Shown here one piece after another: positions 20,563 to 29,645 of a DNA stretch of 64,000 nt. Each line of letters opens with the position of its first letter. The stretch's first letter is position 1. The DNA comes from Rhodobacteraceae bacterium UBA6213. GTDB taxonomy: Bacteria; Pseudomonadota; Alphaproteobacteria; Rhodobacterales; Rhodobacteraceae. The stretch spans positions 125,326 through 189,325 of the forward strand of contig DISJ01000009.1 of the NCBI GenBank assembly GCA_002421605.1. The letters are read 5' to 3'. Below the pieces are notes generated by a model. That model worked only from the letters and a program-made list of their open reading frames with translations. It did no database searches and had not been told where the DNA came from. The position numbers and the translations under genes were made by a program.

Positions 20563-21173
20563 GCGGCGACACGGCCAAGCTCGCGACCACCCCACAGCAA
20601 ATACCGCCGAAACGTCGGCATCGAGGCGGGTCGGGAACACTTTGGGTCATCGTCGTTTTGCTGGCAAGTTCGGGCTTGATCCGCATTGGCGACGGCGCGG
20701 GTCAGGCATTTGCGGCCGCAACCGCGCCGCAAGAGGCGGAAGCCGTGGCAACCTGCGAACCCGCGCCCAATGCCGGGGCCTTGCTTGACGAACTTCGCAG
20801 ACGCGAATCGGTGCTTGCCACGCGCGAAGCCGCGCTGGAAAGCCGCGCGCAGACTGTAACGCTCGCCCAATCGCAACTTGAACTGAAGCTGGCAGAGCTG
20901 GTGGCGGCGGAAGACCGGCTTGCGGCAACACTTGCCAGAACCGACGGCGCAGCCGAAGGCGATGTTGCGCGGCTCGTGACGGTGTATGAAAATATGAAGC
21001 CCAAGGAAGCTGCCGCCGTTTTTTCCGAGATGGCGCCAGAGTTCGCCGCAGGGTTTCTTGCACGCATGCGCCCAGATGCGGCGGCCTTGGTGTTTGCGGG
21101 GCTAGAGCCGAAGGCGGCCTATGCCATCAGCGTGCTGATCGCCGGGCGCAACGCCGCAGCGCCGGTTCAGTAA
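20559..21173 (+). CDS. MotE-like (MgtE_N-like) periplasmic flagellar protein
   Basis: N-terminal basic segment plus TM LWVIVVLLASSGLI, a coiled coil, and a C-terminus VYENMKPKEAAAVFSEMAPEFAAGFLARMRPDAAA typical of MotE-family proteins. Confidence 0.55.
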   Translation: MSGDTAKLATTPQQIPPKRRHRGGSGTLWVIVVLLASSGLIRIGDGAGQAFAAATAPQEAEAVATCEPAPNAGALLDELRRRESVLATREAALESRAQTVTLAQSQLELKLAELVAAEDRLAATLARTDGAAEGDVARLVTVYENMKPKEAAAVFSEMAPEFAAGFLARMRPDAAALVFAGLEPKAAYAISVLIAGRNAAAPVQ

Positions 21174-21233
21174 TGCACAGAGAGTTTCTTAATCGCGCTC
21201 TGCGATGGTTCAGGCGATGACGGGGGCGCGCGC

Positions 21234-22103
21234 ATGATCGGTGTTATCGGCATTATTGTCATCTTCGTGATGGTGTTCGGCGGCTTCAAACTTGCCGGTG
21301 GCCACCTCGAAATCATCTTGGAAGCTGTGCCACACGAAATGATCACCATAGGTGGTGCGGCCGTTGGCGCCTTTGTCATTTCCAACGATTTTCCCACCAT
21401 CAAACGCACGCTCAAGGATATCGGCAAGGTCTTTAAGGGTGCGTCGTGGAAACCCGCCGATTTCCGCGATCTGCTCTGTCTGCTCTTCGAACTCATCCGC
21501 TTGGCGCGCCAAAACCCGGTTGCCATCGAAGAACATATCGAAGCGCCTCAGAACTCCAGCATCTTTGGCAAATACCCGAAAATCCTCAAAGATCATGCAG
21601 CGATTGAACTAATTTGCGACACCCTGCGCTCCGCCTCGATGAACTATGACGACCCGCATCAGGTTGAAGAGGTGCTGGAAAAGCAACTTGACGCCAACCT
21701 TCAACACGCGTTGCACGGCAGCCACGCGCTGCAGTCCATCGCCGATGCGCTTCCCGCGCTTGGCATCGTCGCCGCGGTCCTTGGCGTGATCAAGACCATG
21801 GGCTCGATCGACCAACCACCCGAAATCCTAGGGGAAATGATCGGTGGTGCGCTGGTTGGAACGTTTCTGGGGGTGTTCATGGCTTACGGGTTTGCCGGAC
21901 CCTTCGCGCAAAAGGTCAAATCCGTAGTCGAGGAAGACAGCCATTTTTATAGCCTGATCCGTGAAGTGCTGGTGGCCAATCTGCATAATCACGCCACCAA
22001 CATCTGCATCGAAGTTGGGCGCCAGAATACGCCGCACCACATCCGCCCCAGCTTCTCGGAACTGGAGGAGGCGCTCAAGGCGATCAAGCAGGACGCGGCA
22101 TGA
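21234..22103 (+). CDS. motA: Flagellar stator protein MotA
   Basis: 289 aa. It has four TM segments and the conserved C-terminal channel region ALPALGIVAAVLGVIKTMG...GGALVGTFLGVFMAYG. Confidence 0.9.
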   Translation: MIGVIGIIVIFVMVFGGFKLAGGHLEIILEAVPHEMITIGGAAVGAFVISNDFPTIKRTLKDIGKVFKGASWKPADFRDLLCLLFELIRLARQNPVAIEEHIEAPQNSSIFGKYPKILKDHAAIELICDTLRSASMNYDDPHQVEEVLEKQLDANLQHALHGSHALQSIADALPALGIVAAVLGVIKTMGSIDQPPEILGEMIGGALVGTFLGVFMAYGFAGPFAQKVKSVVEEDSHFYSLIREVLVANLHNHATNICIEVGRQNTPHHIRPSFSELEEALKAIKQDAA

Positions 22104-24415
22104 TCGCCTTGCTGCGCCTTTGGCTGGTCACATTGCTGCTGGCCTTGCCAGTATCGGCCGAAACCGTGCTGGTGCAATCTGGCGAGCACAACTCCTTTTC
22201 ACGACTGGTGCTGCGGCTAAGCGAGCCGAGCGACTGGTTGCTTGGCAAAACCGACGCTGGATATGAGCTACGGCTTTTGCGACCTGATATCACCCTCGAT
22301 CTGGCGCGGGCCTTCCAGCTCATTCCGCGCACCCGCATCACCGAGCTGGCCGGCATTGAAAGCGGGCTTTTGCTATCGGTGGCGCGCGGAACGCATGCAA
22401 TCGCGTTTGAAACACAGCCCGGTACGATCGTGATCGACGTTACCACCGGCCCAGCGCCCGCAGATTCGCGCTTTGAGGCTCCGTTGCCGGCGGCGGCCCC
22501 ACTGGTTGTTCCCGAAACTGCGCCCGCGACACCTGCAACGGCACGCGCGCAAAGCGATCTGGTCCTGCCGATGCGCCCGGCCATAGTGCCGCCCGATCCC
22601 CGCCTCGCCCACGCCTGGCCAAAACTTGCCGCTTCGGATCGGATCTCTGGTATATCGCCGGGGCTCACGGCACCTCAAACAGCGGCTTTCCCCGACCCGC
22701 GCGTAGCCGAGGCCGAGCAACAGCTGATATTGCAGCTTGGCCGCGCTGCCAGTCAGGGCATCGTGACCATGACGCTTCCTGATAGCGCGGCCCCGCCCGC
22801 CGCGCCATCGCCCCAAACCCCTCAGCCACCAGCCGAGCCCGCACCGCCCAATCTTGGCACGCGGGCGGCACGTCAACTCGCCGTGCGCTCTCAGACAGTT
22901 TTCGATCGTGACGGCCCTGGGCGCTATCCTCGCGACATGCTTAGTGCGGATGGTCTGACCTGCATCACGGACGACATCGTTAACGTCTCAGGTTGGTCAA
23001 ACAACGAGCCGGTGGCGCTGCAAATTGGTGCCGCACAAGTTGGCTTGATTGGCGAGTTTGATCGACCAGACGCGGATCGCGTGCTTGCACTTGCGCGGCT
23101 TTATATCGCACTCGGGATGGGCGCGGAGGTTCCCGCGCTTTTACGGGGACTTAACACAGTCGTTGCGCATGCCGAGGTATTGCACGCCATGGCCGCGATC
23201 ATTGACGATGCACCGGTGCCTCCCGCAGCACGGTTGGCCGAGATGACCACATGTGATTCGCAGGTCGCGCTTTGGGCAGTGCTTGCCAGTTCATCCCTCG
23301 AGCCCGGTGCGGAGGTGAACACCCTTGCGATACTCCGCGCGTTTTCGAACCTGCCACTCAATTTGCGACATCTGCTAGGGCCGCGGCTTGCGGACCGTTT
23401 GCTAGAGATCGGCGCTGAGGCTGCCGCCCGCGCCCTGCGCAGCGCAATCACTCGTGCACCGGGTGAGCACGGCGCGGCAATTGGGCTGATCGACGCGGGG
23501 ATCGAGATTTCAACCGGCGAACCCACGGCCGCGGCTGCCGCGCTGGTGCCAATCATGGCCGAAAACGGGCCGGACGCCCCGTTGGCAACGATCCGCTTCA
23601 TCGACGCGCAACTTGCGGCCGGGGCAACAGTGCAGCAAACAACTATCGAAGCCGCCGCAGCGCTGGCGTTTGAGCATCGCGAGGCAGCACTTGGCCCCGA
23701 ACTTGCCCGCGCCCACATGCTTGCCGCAGGATCTGCGGGGCTTTTCGAACAGGCCTTCGCCGCACTTGCCAACATGCCTGAACAAGCCTCGGATGAGTTC
23801 GTGGCAGCGCGCACCGCGGAACTCATGCATCAGTTGGTTGCGACGCCAGATGATCTGGTTTTTGCGACGCAATATTTTGCAAATCGGACACTCGTCTTGT
23901 TGCAACGCGACTGGGCACTGCAAATGCAAACCGCCGCGCGGCTGCTTGATCTCGGTTTTCCCGCCGAGGCGCGACGCGTGCTTGGGGCCGAGGCAGTGCG
24001 CACCGAAGAAGGCCGTCTGCTGCGCGCGCGCGCGTCCCTTCTTGAGGCCGACGGTACCGCCGCCCTTGCCGAAATCACCGGACTCAGCGGCATCGAGGCA
24101 ACGCGGCTGCGCGCCGAAGCACTACGCCTAACCGGTGATCACGACGCCGCGCGGCGCGCCTTTGAGCGTGCCGATGACCCTGCCCGTGCCGCTGAAGAAG
24201 CCTGGGCGGGTGGTGCTTGGGCCGAGGCGGCGGTGCTTGGCACCGAATCCCAGCGCGCATTGTTGACAGCCTTCGGGCTTGGCGCGCCAACCCCTGGAAC
24301 TGGGCCAGAGCAGCCCGAAGAGGCGCCCCTTGCCGCATCGCGCGCACTGCTTGCCAACGCCCGCGCCGCGCGCGAGGCGCTTGAAAAGATGCTCGCTGAA
24401 GCGCCTGCCGATTAA
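22100..24415 (+). CDS. Hypothetical secreted 771-aa protein: signal peptide, beta-rich N-domain, Pro/Ala linkers, Ala/Leu-rich helical TPR-like C-region
   Basis: ATGA overlap with the motA stop. Signal peptide MIALLRLWLVTLLLALPVSA/ETV. I recognise no family with confidence. Confidence 0.7.
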   Translation: MIALLRLWLVTLLLALPVSAETVLVQSGEHNSFSRLVLRLSEPSDWLLGKTDAGYELRLLRPDITLDLARAFQLIPRTRITELAGIESGLLLSVARGTHAIAFETQPGTIVIDVTTGPAPADSRFEAPLPAAAPLVVPETAPATPATARAQSDLVLPMRPAIVPPDPRLAHAWPKLAASDRISGISPGLTAPQTAAFPDPRVAEAEQQLILQLGRAASQGIVTMTLPDSAAPPAAPSPQTPQPPAEPAPPNLGTRAARQLAVRSQTVFDRDGPGRYPRDMLSADGLTCITDDIVNVSGWSNNEPVALQIGAAQVGLIGEFDRPDADRVLALARLYIALGMGAEVPALLRGLNTVVAHAEVLHAMAAIIDDAPVPPAARLAEMTTCDSQVALWAVLASSSLEPGAEVNTLAILRAFSNLPLNLRHLLGPRLADRLLEIGAEAAARALRSAITRAPGEHGAAIGLIDAGIEISTGEPTAAAAALVPIMAENGPDAPLATIRFIDAQLAAGATVQQTTIEAAAALAFEHREAALGPELARAHMLAAGSAGLFEQAFAALANMPEQASDEFVAARTAELMHQLVATPDDLVFATQYFANRTLVLLQRDWALQMQTAARLLDLGFPAEARRVLGAEAVRTEEGRLLRARASLLEADGTAALAEITGLSGIEATRLRAEALRLTGDHDAARRAFERADDPARAAEEAWAGGAWAEAAVLGTESQRALLTAFGLGAPTPGTGPEQPEEAPLAASRALLANARAAREALEKMLAEAPAD

Positions 24416-24528
24416 AGCGGTCGCGCAGGGTGCGCCGCAAACGCCGCGCTTGGTCACCAAATCTCAACGCTTGGGCCGCTACCCTGCCAACGGGCGCAAT
24501 ACGTGTCCATGGGCAGGGGAGAATCCCG

Positions 24529-25278
24529 ATGGCGCGCATTTTTGTGGGACTATTCTGCGCAGTATTGTTAGCAGTACCTCAGGCCCGCGCCACGCTTTGG
24601 GCACAGGAAATCTGCGAACAAGTCACACAAATCGCCGCGCACCAAAGCGGCGTCCCGATCAACGTGATGCGCGCAATTTCTCTGACCGAAACTGGCCGCA
24701 CCATTGACGGCGCGTATCGCGCCTGGCCCTGGGCCGTGAATATGGAGGGCGAGGCTGCATGGTTCGCCGACCGGGCCTCGGCCACTGCTTATGCGCTAGA
24801 AGCCTATGCCCGCGGCGCCCGCAGCTTTGACATCGGCTGTTTTCAGATCAACTACAAATGGCACGGCGCGCATTTCGCCTCGATCGAGCAAATGTTCGAT
24901 CCGCTTGCTAACGCGCACTATGCCGCGCGCCTGCTGCTTGAGCTTTACGCCGAAAAGGGCAATTGGCGCGATGCAGCGGGCGCCTATCATTCGCGCACGC
25001 CCGAGTATGCAAACCGCTACATGGCCCGGTTCGAATCCATACTTACCTCGCTTACAGATGTGCCGCTTGCGCCCCCAAGGCAATCCGCGCCGGACATTCC
25101 TGAAATTCCAGACATTGTGCTTGCGGCCTATGGTGTACCGGCACAACCCAATCAGCGCATCAATCGCTTTCCGCTTTTGCAAGCGGGCGGTGCGGGCGGG
25201 CACGGCTCGCTCGTTCCTCGCGGTGCAGACAGCATCACAGGGATGCTGAACACCACTGCTGCGCCGATGTTGCAGTGA
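24529..25278 (+). CDS. Specialised lytic transglycosylase (SLT/VirB1/IagB-like), probable flagellar peptidoglycan hydrolase
   Basis: Signal peptide MARIFVGLFCAVLLAVPQARA. Catalytic-Glu context MRAISLTETG, then YRAWPWAVNMEG and FDIGCFQINYKWHG. GGGAGA lies upstream of the ATG at 24529. Confidence 0.75.
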   Translation: MARIFVGLFCAVLLAVPQARATLWAQEICEQVTQIAAHQSGVPINVMRAISLTETGRTIDGAYRAWPWAVNMEGEAAWFADRASATAYALEAYARGARSFDIGCFQINYKWHGAHFASIEQMFDPLANAHYAARLLLELYAEKGNWRDAAGAYHSRTPEYANRYMARFESILTSLTDVPLAPPRQSAPDIPEIPDIVLAAYGVPAQPNQRINRFPLLQAGGAGGHGSLVPRGADSITGMLNTTAAPMLQ

Positions 25279-27365
25279 TGCCGACATTCTCGCTCCACTC
25301 CATTTTCCGTCCTACCATTTTGCTGGCGCTGGCGCTTATGGCGGTGATCGTGATGATGATCCTGCCGATGCCGGCTTGGGTGCTTGATGTCGGGTTGGCA
25401 ACCTCGTTCGCAATCGCGATTCTGATCTTTACGGTGACGCTGTTCATCGAGCGGCCGCTGGAGTTTTCGGCCTTTCCGACGATCCTGCTTGCCTCTTTGA
25501 TGCTGCGCCTCTCGCTCAACGTTTCCTCAACCAAACTCATCATCGGGCAGGGCCACACCGGCACTAACGCCGCAGGCGAAGTGATCGAAGGGTTTGCGTC
25601 CTTCATCATGGGTGGCTCGGTGCTGATCGGGCTGGTTGTTTTCGGTGTCATCCTGATCGTCAACTTCATCGTCATCACCAAAGGCGCTGGTCGTATGGCC
25701 GAGGTGGGTGCGCGCTTCGCGCTTGATGCGATGCCGGGCAAGCAGCTTGCCATCGATAGTGACATGAATGCGGGCGCAATCAACCATGCCGAGGCCAAAG
25801 CGCGGCGCGAGCGCGAACAGGCCGAGACAACCTTTTTCGGCTCGCTGGATGGTGCGTCAAAATTCGTGAAGGGCGATGCGGTTGCCGGGTTGCTGATCAC
25901 CCTGCTCAACCTTGTGATGGGGCTGATCATCGGGGTCGCGGTGCACGGTATGCCATTGGGGCGTGCGTTAGAAACCTATGCGATTCTGACCGTCGGTGAC
26001 GGGCTGGTCAGCCAGATCCCGGCGGTCATCATCTCTATCGCTTCGGCGCTTCTTTTGTCGCGGGGCGGCGCCAGGGGTGCTGCCGACATTGAAATATTCC
26101 GCCAGCTTGGTCGGTACCCTGCGGCGTTGACCACGGTGGCGGTATTGATGGCGCTCTTTGCGCTGGTACCGGGCTTGCCGTTTGCGCCATTCATCATTGG
26201 CGCTGCCGTTTTGGGCGTGACCGCCGCAATGGTCGAGCGTGCCACGCGCCGCCATGCCGCGCGCGAAGCGATGAAAATGCCGCCCCCCGATGCAACACCG
26301 CGCCGCCGCTCGCTGGGTGATCTTTTGGATATCGACGAGATACACGTGGAGTTTGCGCCAAATCTTGTCGCGATGGTGCTGGATCCGGCGACCGGGCTCG
26401 ACGCGCGCATCACCAATATGCGCAACCACGTCGCGGCGAGCTTTGGCCTGATTTTGCCGGAAATTCGGTTGACCGACGACAGCACTCTCGGCCCCGGGCA
26501 GTACCGCATTCGCATTCAGGGCGTCGAACAGGCGCGCGACCAGCTTTTCCCTGATCGGGTGCTGGCCCTGATCGCTGACAACCGCGAATTGCTTCCGCCC
26601 GGCGACGATGTGCGTGAGCCTGTCTATGGCGCCGTCGCGCGCTGGGTCGCGCCCGCACTTCAGGAAGAGGCCGTTCTGGCCGGGTCTACCGTTGTCGGTG
26701 CGACCGAGGTGCTGGCCACGCACCTGCTTGAAGTCATCAAGCGCAATTTTGGACGCTTGCTCAGCCTGCGCGCGCTGCGCCGACTGCTGGAAGAAGCGGT
26801 GAATCTGTCCGATCCGTTCCGCGCCGAGTCCACGCGCAAACTGCTTGATGAGCTTATCCCCGACAAGGTACCAGTCGATTTGCTGCTTTCCGTGCTGCGC
26901 CTGCTGCTGGATGAGCGAGTGTCGATACGTAACCTGCCGCTGATCCTTGAAGCCATCGCGGAATCGCGCGGACTTCAGAACCCCGAAGCAATCTGCGAGC
27001 ATGTCCGCCAGAGGCTCGGGTTTCAGTTGGTGGCCGAGATTCGGCGCGCTGACGGCACGATCCCACTGCTGCAACTGTCGCCTGAATGGGAAGAAACATT
27101 CTCGACCTATCAACTTCCGGCGGAGAAGGGGCAGGCCGACATCGCGCTGCCTCCAGACAAGTTCAATCGTCTCGCGCAAAATGTCTCGGAACGTCTGGCG
27201 CGCGTTGCGGAAAACGGTGTCTTTCCCGGTGTGGTCACCTCGGCGCGGCGGCGGCGGTTTGTGAAGACGGTTCTGGGTGCCAAGGGCGTTGCCGCACCAG
27301 TGTTGAGTTTTGAGGAAATCGGGCCCGATGCGCGCCCCGCGCTGGTCGGCATGGTGCAGGCATGA
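25278..27365 (+). CDS. flhA: Flagellar export apparatus protein FlhA
   Basis: 695 aa. Conserved FHIPEP region FPTILLASLMLRLSLNVSSTKLII, FIMGG and VKGDAVAGLLIT, plus the cytoplasmic domain. The start overlaps the SLT stop (TGATG). Confidence 0.95.
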   Translation: MPTFSLHSIFRPTILLALALMAVIVMMILPMPAWVLDVGLATSFAIAILIFTVTLFIERPLEFSAFPTILLASLMLRLSLNVSSTKLIIGQGHTGTNAAGEVIEGFASFIMGGSVLIGLVVFGVILIVNFIVITKGAGRMAEVGARFALDAMPGKQLAIDSDMNAGAINHAEAKARREREQAETTFFGSLDGASKFVKGDAVAGLLITLLNLVMGLIIGVAVHGMPLGRALETYAILTVGDGLVSQIPAVIISIASALLLSRGGARGAADIEIFRQLGRYPAALTTVAVLMALFALVPGLPFAPFIIGAAVLGVTAAMVERATRRHAAREAMKMPPPDATPRRRSLGDLLDIDEIHVEFAPNLVAMVLDPATGLDARITNMRNHVAASFGLILPEIRLTDDSTLGPGQYRIRIQGVEQARDQLFPDRVLALIADNRELLPPGDDVREPVYGAVARWVAPALQEEAVLAGSTVVGATEVLATHLLEVIKRNFGRLLSLRALRRLLEEAVNLSDPFRAESTRKLLDELIPDKVPVDLLLSVLRLLLDERVSIRNLPLILEAIAESRGLQNPEAICEHVRQRLGFQLVAEIRRADGTIPLLQLSPEWEETFSTYQLPAEKGQADIALPPDKFNRLAQNVSERLARVAENGVFPGVVTSARRRRFVKTVLGAKGVAAPVLSFEEIGPDARPALVGMVQA

Positions 27366-28141
27366 ACGAGGCGCTGGCTAGCCTGATGGCGATCAGCACT
27401 CAAACACTGCTTGCGGGCTTCATCGTGTTTCTGCGCGTCGGCGCGGCTATGGCCTTGCTCCCGGCATTTGGTGAGACTGTGATTCCGGCGCGGGTTCGGC
27501 TGGTTGTTGCGTTGGCGTTCACGTTGGTCGTGCTGCCTGCGGTAAGCGCCGACATCGCGCCGCTTCACGCCACGGGCACACTGCCCGGGTTGGTCTTTGC
27601 CACCGAGGTGCTGGCAGGGCTGGCGCTAGGCGCGGTGTTGCGGTTCATGGTTCTGGCATTGCAAATTGCAGGCACGATCGCGGCACAGGCAAGTTCGCTA
27701 TCGCAGTTATTCGGTGGCGGTGCGGGCGAGCCGCAGCCCGCTATCGGGCACCTGCTCACCTGGGGCGGGCTGGCGCTGGCGGTGTTGCTCGGGTTGCATG
27801 TGCACTGCGCCGAAGCACTGATCGGGTCTTACGCCGCGCTGCCGCCGGGTCAGTTTCCCGACGCCGAGAGCATCAGGCTTTGGGGTGTAGCCGGGGTTGC
27901 GCACGGCTTTTCGCTGGCTTTCACGCTCGCGGCGCCGTTCGTGCTGGCGGGACTGGTCTATAACGTGGCTCTGGGCGCTATCAACCGCGCGATGCCGCAA
28001 CTAATGGTGGCCTTTGTCGGCGCCCCTGCATTAACCGCAGGCGGGTTGATACTGTTGCTGCTCAGCGTTCCGGCCGGATTGGCGCTTTGGCACCAGGATC
28101 TTGCACTGATATTCGCCAACCCCTTCGAGATTGCACGATGA
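27362..28141 (+). CDS. fliR: Flagellar export apparatus protein FliR
   Basis: 259-aa polytopic membrane protein with FIVFLRVGAAMALLPAFGE. ATGA overlap with flhA. Confidence 0.9.
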   Translation: MNEALASLMAISTQTLLAGFIVFLRVGAAMALLPAFGETVIPARVRLVVALAFTLVVLPAVSADIAPLHATGTLPGLVFATEVLAGLALGAVLRFMVLALQIAGTIAAQASSLSQLFGGGAGEPQPAIGHLLTWGGLALAVLLGLHVHCAEALIGSYAALPPGQFPDAESIRLWGVAGVAHGFSLAFTLAAPFVLAGLVYNVALGAINRAMPQLMVAFVGAPALTAGGLILLLLSVPAGLALWHQDLALIFANPFEIAR

Positions 28142-29220
28142 GCGATGACGACGCAGAGCGCGAACACGAACCTACCGAACGCAAGCTGACAGAGGCGCGC
28201 AAGCGTGGCGAGTTGGTACGTTCGGGCGAAGTCAACGTTGCGGCTGCATACGGCGGGCTGCTGATCGCCTCCCTAGGCCCGGGTTTTGCGAGCCTGCGCG
28301 GCTTTGGCACCGACGCAATGGTGCTGCTCGATCAGGCCGACAGCCTTGCCCCGTTGTTGCTTGGTGGTGAAGCTGGCCCACTCGGCTGGCTGTTTGGCAC
28401 GCTTTTGCTTCCTCTTGCCCCCTTTTTTCTGGTGCCGACGAGCTTTGTTCTGGCTGCATTGATGGCGCAGAGGGCGATTGTGTTCGCACCAGAAAAATTA
28501 GGACTGAAGCTGAGCCGCATCAATCCGCTGGCCAACGCCAAGCAAAAATTCGGCCGGTCTGGATTCTTTGAATTTGCCAAAAGCTTCGTGAAGCTGCTCA
28601 TCATTGCGCTGTTGCTGGGCGTGTTTCTTGCCAGCCGAATGTCGCGCATCATCCTATCCCAAGGGGTTTCTGCGGGGATGGCCGTTTCTGAACTTGGCGG
28701 TCTGATTGTCGAGTTCCTCTTTTTAATGCTGATAATCGCAGCCAGCATTGGCGCCATCGACTACCTCTGGCAGCGCGCTGAACACTTGCGCCGCCATCGC
28801 ATGACGCGACAAGAGCTTTTGGATGAGTTGAAACAGTCGGATGGCGACCCGCAGCTCAAAGGCCAGCGACGGCGGCGCGCGGTTGAGGTTGCCACCAACC
28901 AGATGCTGGCCGATGTTGCGAAGGCCGATGTGGTGATCGTTAACCCGACACATTTCGCGGTTGCGTTGCAGTGGAAACGCGGCAGCCTGCACGCGCCGAT
29001 CTGCCTTGCAAAAGGCGTAGACGAGGTTGCCGCGCGAATCCGCGAACGCGCTGTTGAGGCGGCAATTCCGATTCACTCCGACCCGCCCACGGCGCGGGCG
29101 ATCTATGCCACGGTCGGGCTTGGACAAGAAATCCGACCCGAGCAGTTCAAAGCGGTGGCGGCTGCGATCCGCTTTGGCGAACGCATCCGAAAGCGCGCCC
29201 GCGAAAGGAATGGCACATGA
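28138..29220 (+). CDS. flhB: Flagellar export switch protein FlhB
   Basis: N-terminus EPTERKLTEARKRGE and autocleavage motif VIVNPTHFAVAL. ATGA overlap with fliR. Confidence 0.95.
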   Translation: MSDDDAEREHEPTERKLTEARKRGELVRSGEVNVAAAYGGLLIASLGPGFASLRGFGTDAMVLLDQADSLAPLLLGGEAGPLGWLFGTLLLPLAPFFLVPTSFVLAALMAQRAIVFAPEKLGLKLSRINPLANAKQKFGRSGFFEFAKSFVKLLIIALLLGVFLASRMSRIILSQGVSAGMAVSELGGLIVEFLFLMLIIAASIGAIDYLWQRAEHLRRHRMTRQELLDELKQSDGDPQLKGQRRRRAVEVATNQMLADVAKADVVIVNPTHFAVALQWKRGSLHAPICLAKGVDEVAARIRERAVEAAIPIHSDPPTARAIYATVGLGQEIRPEQFKAVAAAIRFGERIRKRARERNGT

Positions 29221-29591
29221 ACCGAACACGCAAGCTTGTGGCGCTTGCAAGGGTTGCCCTGATCCGCCGCGACGCTGCGTTGCAGCTAGTCAAACTGGCG
29301 CGTGCCGCAGAAGCCGCGGCGCGCGCCGACCTTGCTGCGCTCAACGCCGCACAGCGCGCCGCGGCCTCTTCTGCCAGTGGCGATGCGACGGCTGCGCGGC
29401 AGTTCGCTCTCTACAGCCGCTGGGTTGGGGCGCAGCGAAACGCGGGTGAGGCTGCGTTGAGCAAAGCCAGACAGCATTCCGAGACATGCCGCGCAGAGGC
29501 ACAGTGCGCCTTGGGTCGCACCGAGGTTTTGGTCGGGCTTGCAAAGCGGCTTGCGGCGCAAAGGGCCGCTCAGAAAGCGCGAAGGATCTAG
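29217..29591 (+). CDS. Hypothetical 124-aa Ala/Arg-rich coiled-coil protein (FliJ-like candidate)
   Basis: ATGA overlap with the flhB stop. It looks entirely helical and lacks any TM. No recognisable fliJ exists elsewhere in the cluster. Confidence 0.4.
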   Translation: MNRTRKLVALARVALIRRDAALQLVKLARAAEAAARADLAALNAAQRAAASSASGDATAARQFALYSRWVGAQRNAGEAALSKARQHSETCRAEAQCALGRTEVLVGLAKRLAAQRAAQKARRI

Positions 29592-29645
29592 CGGAGCGAA
29601 CCCTACCGCAGTCAAATCCAACAGAGGGGGCGTTGAGCGCAGATT

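Noticed and set aside
25968-27179. 403-aa ORF antisense to flhA
   Set aside because: It is a shadow ORF opposite a highly conserved gene. Its Arg/Gln/Gly-rich translation has no motif.
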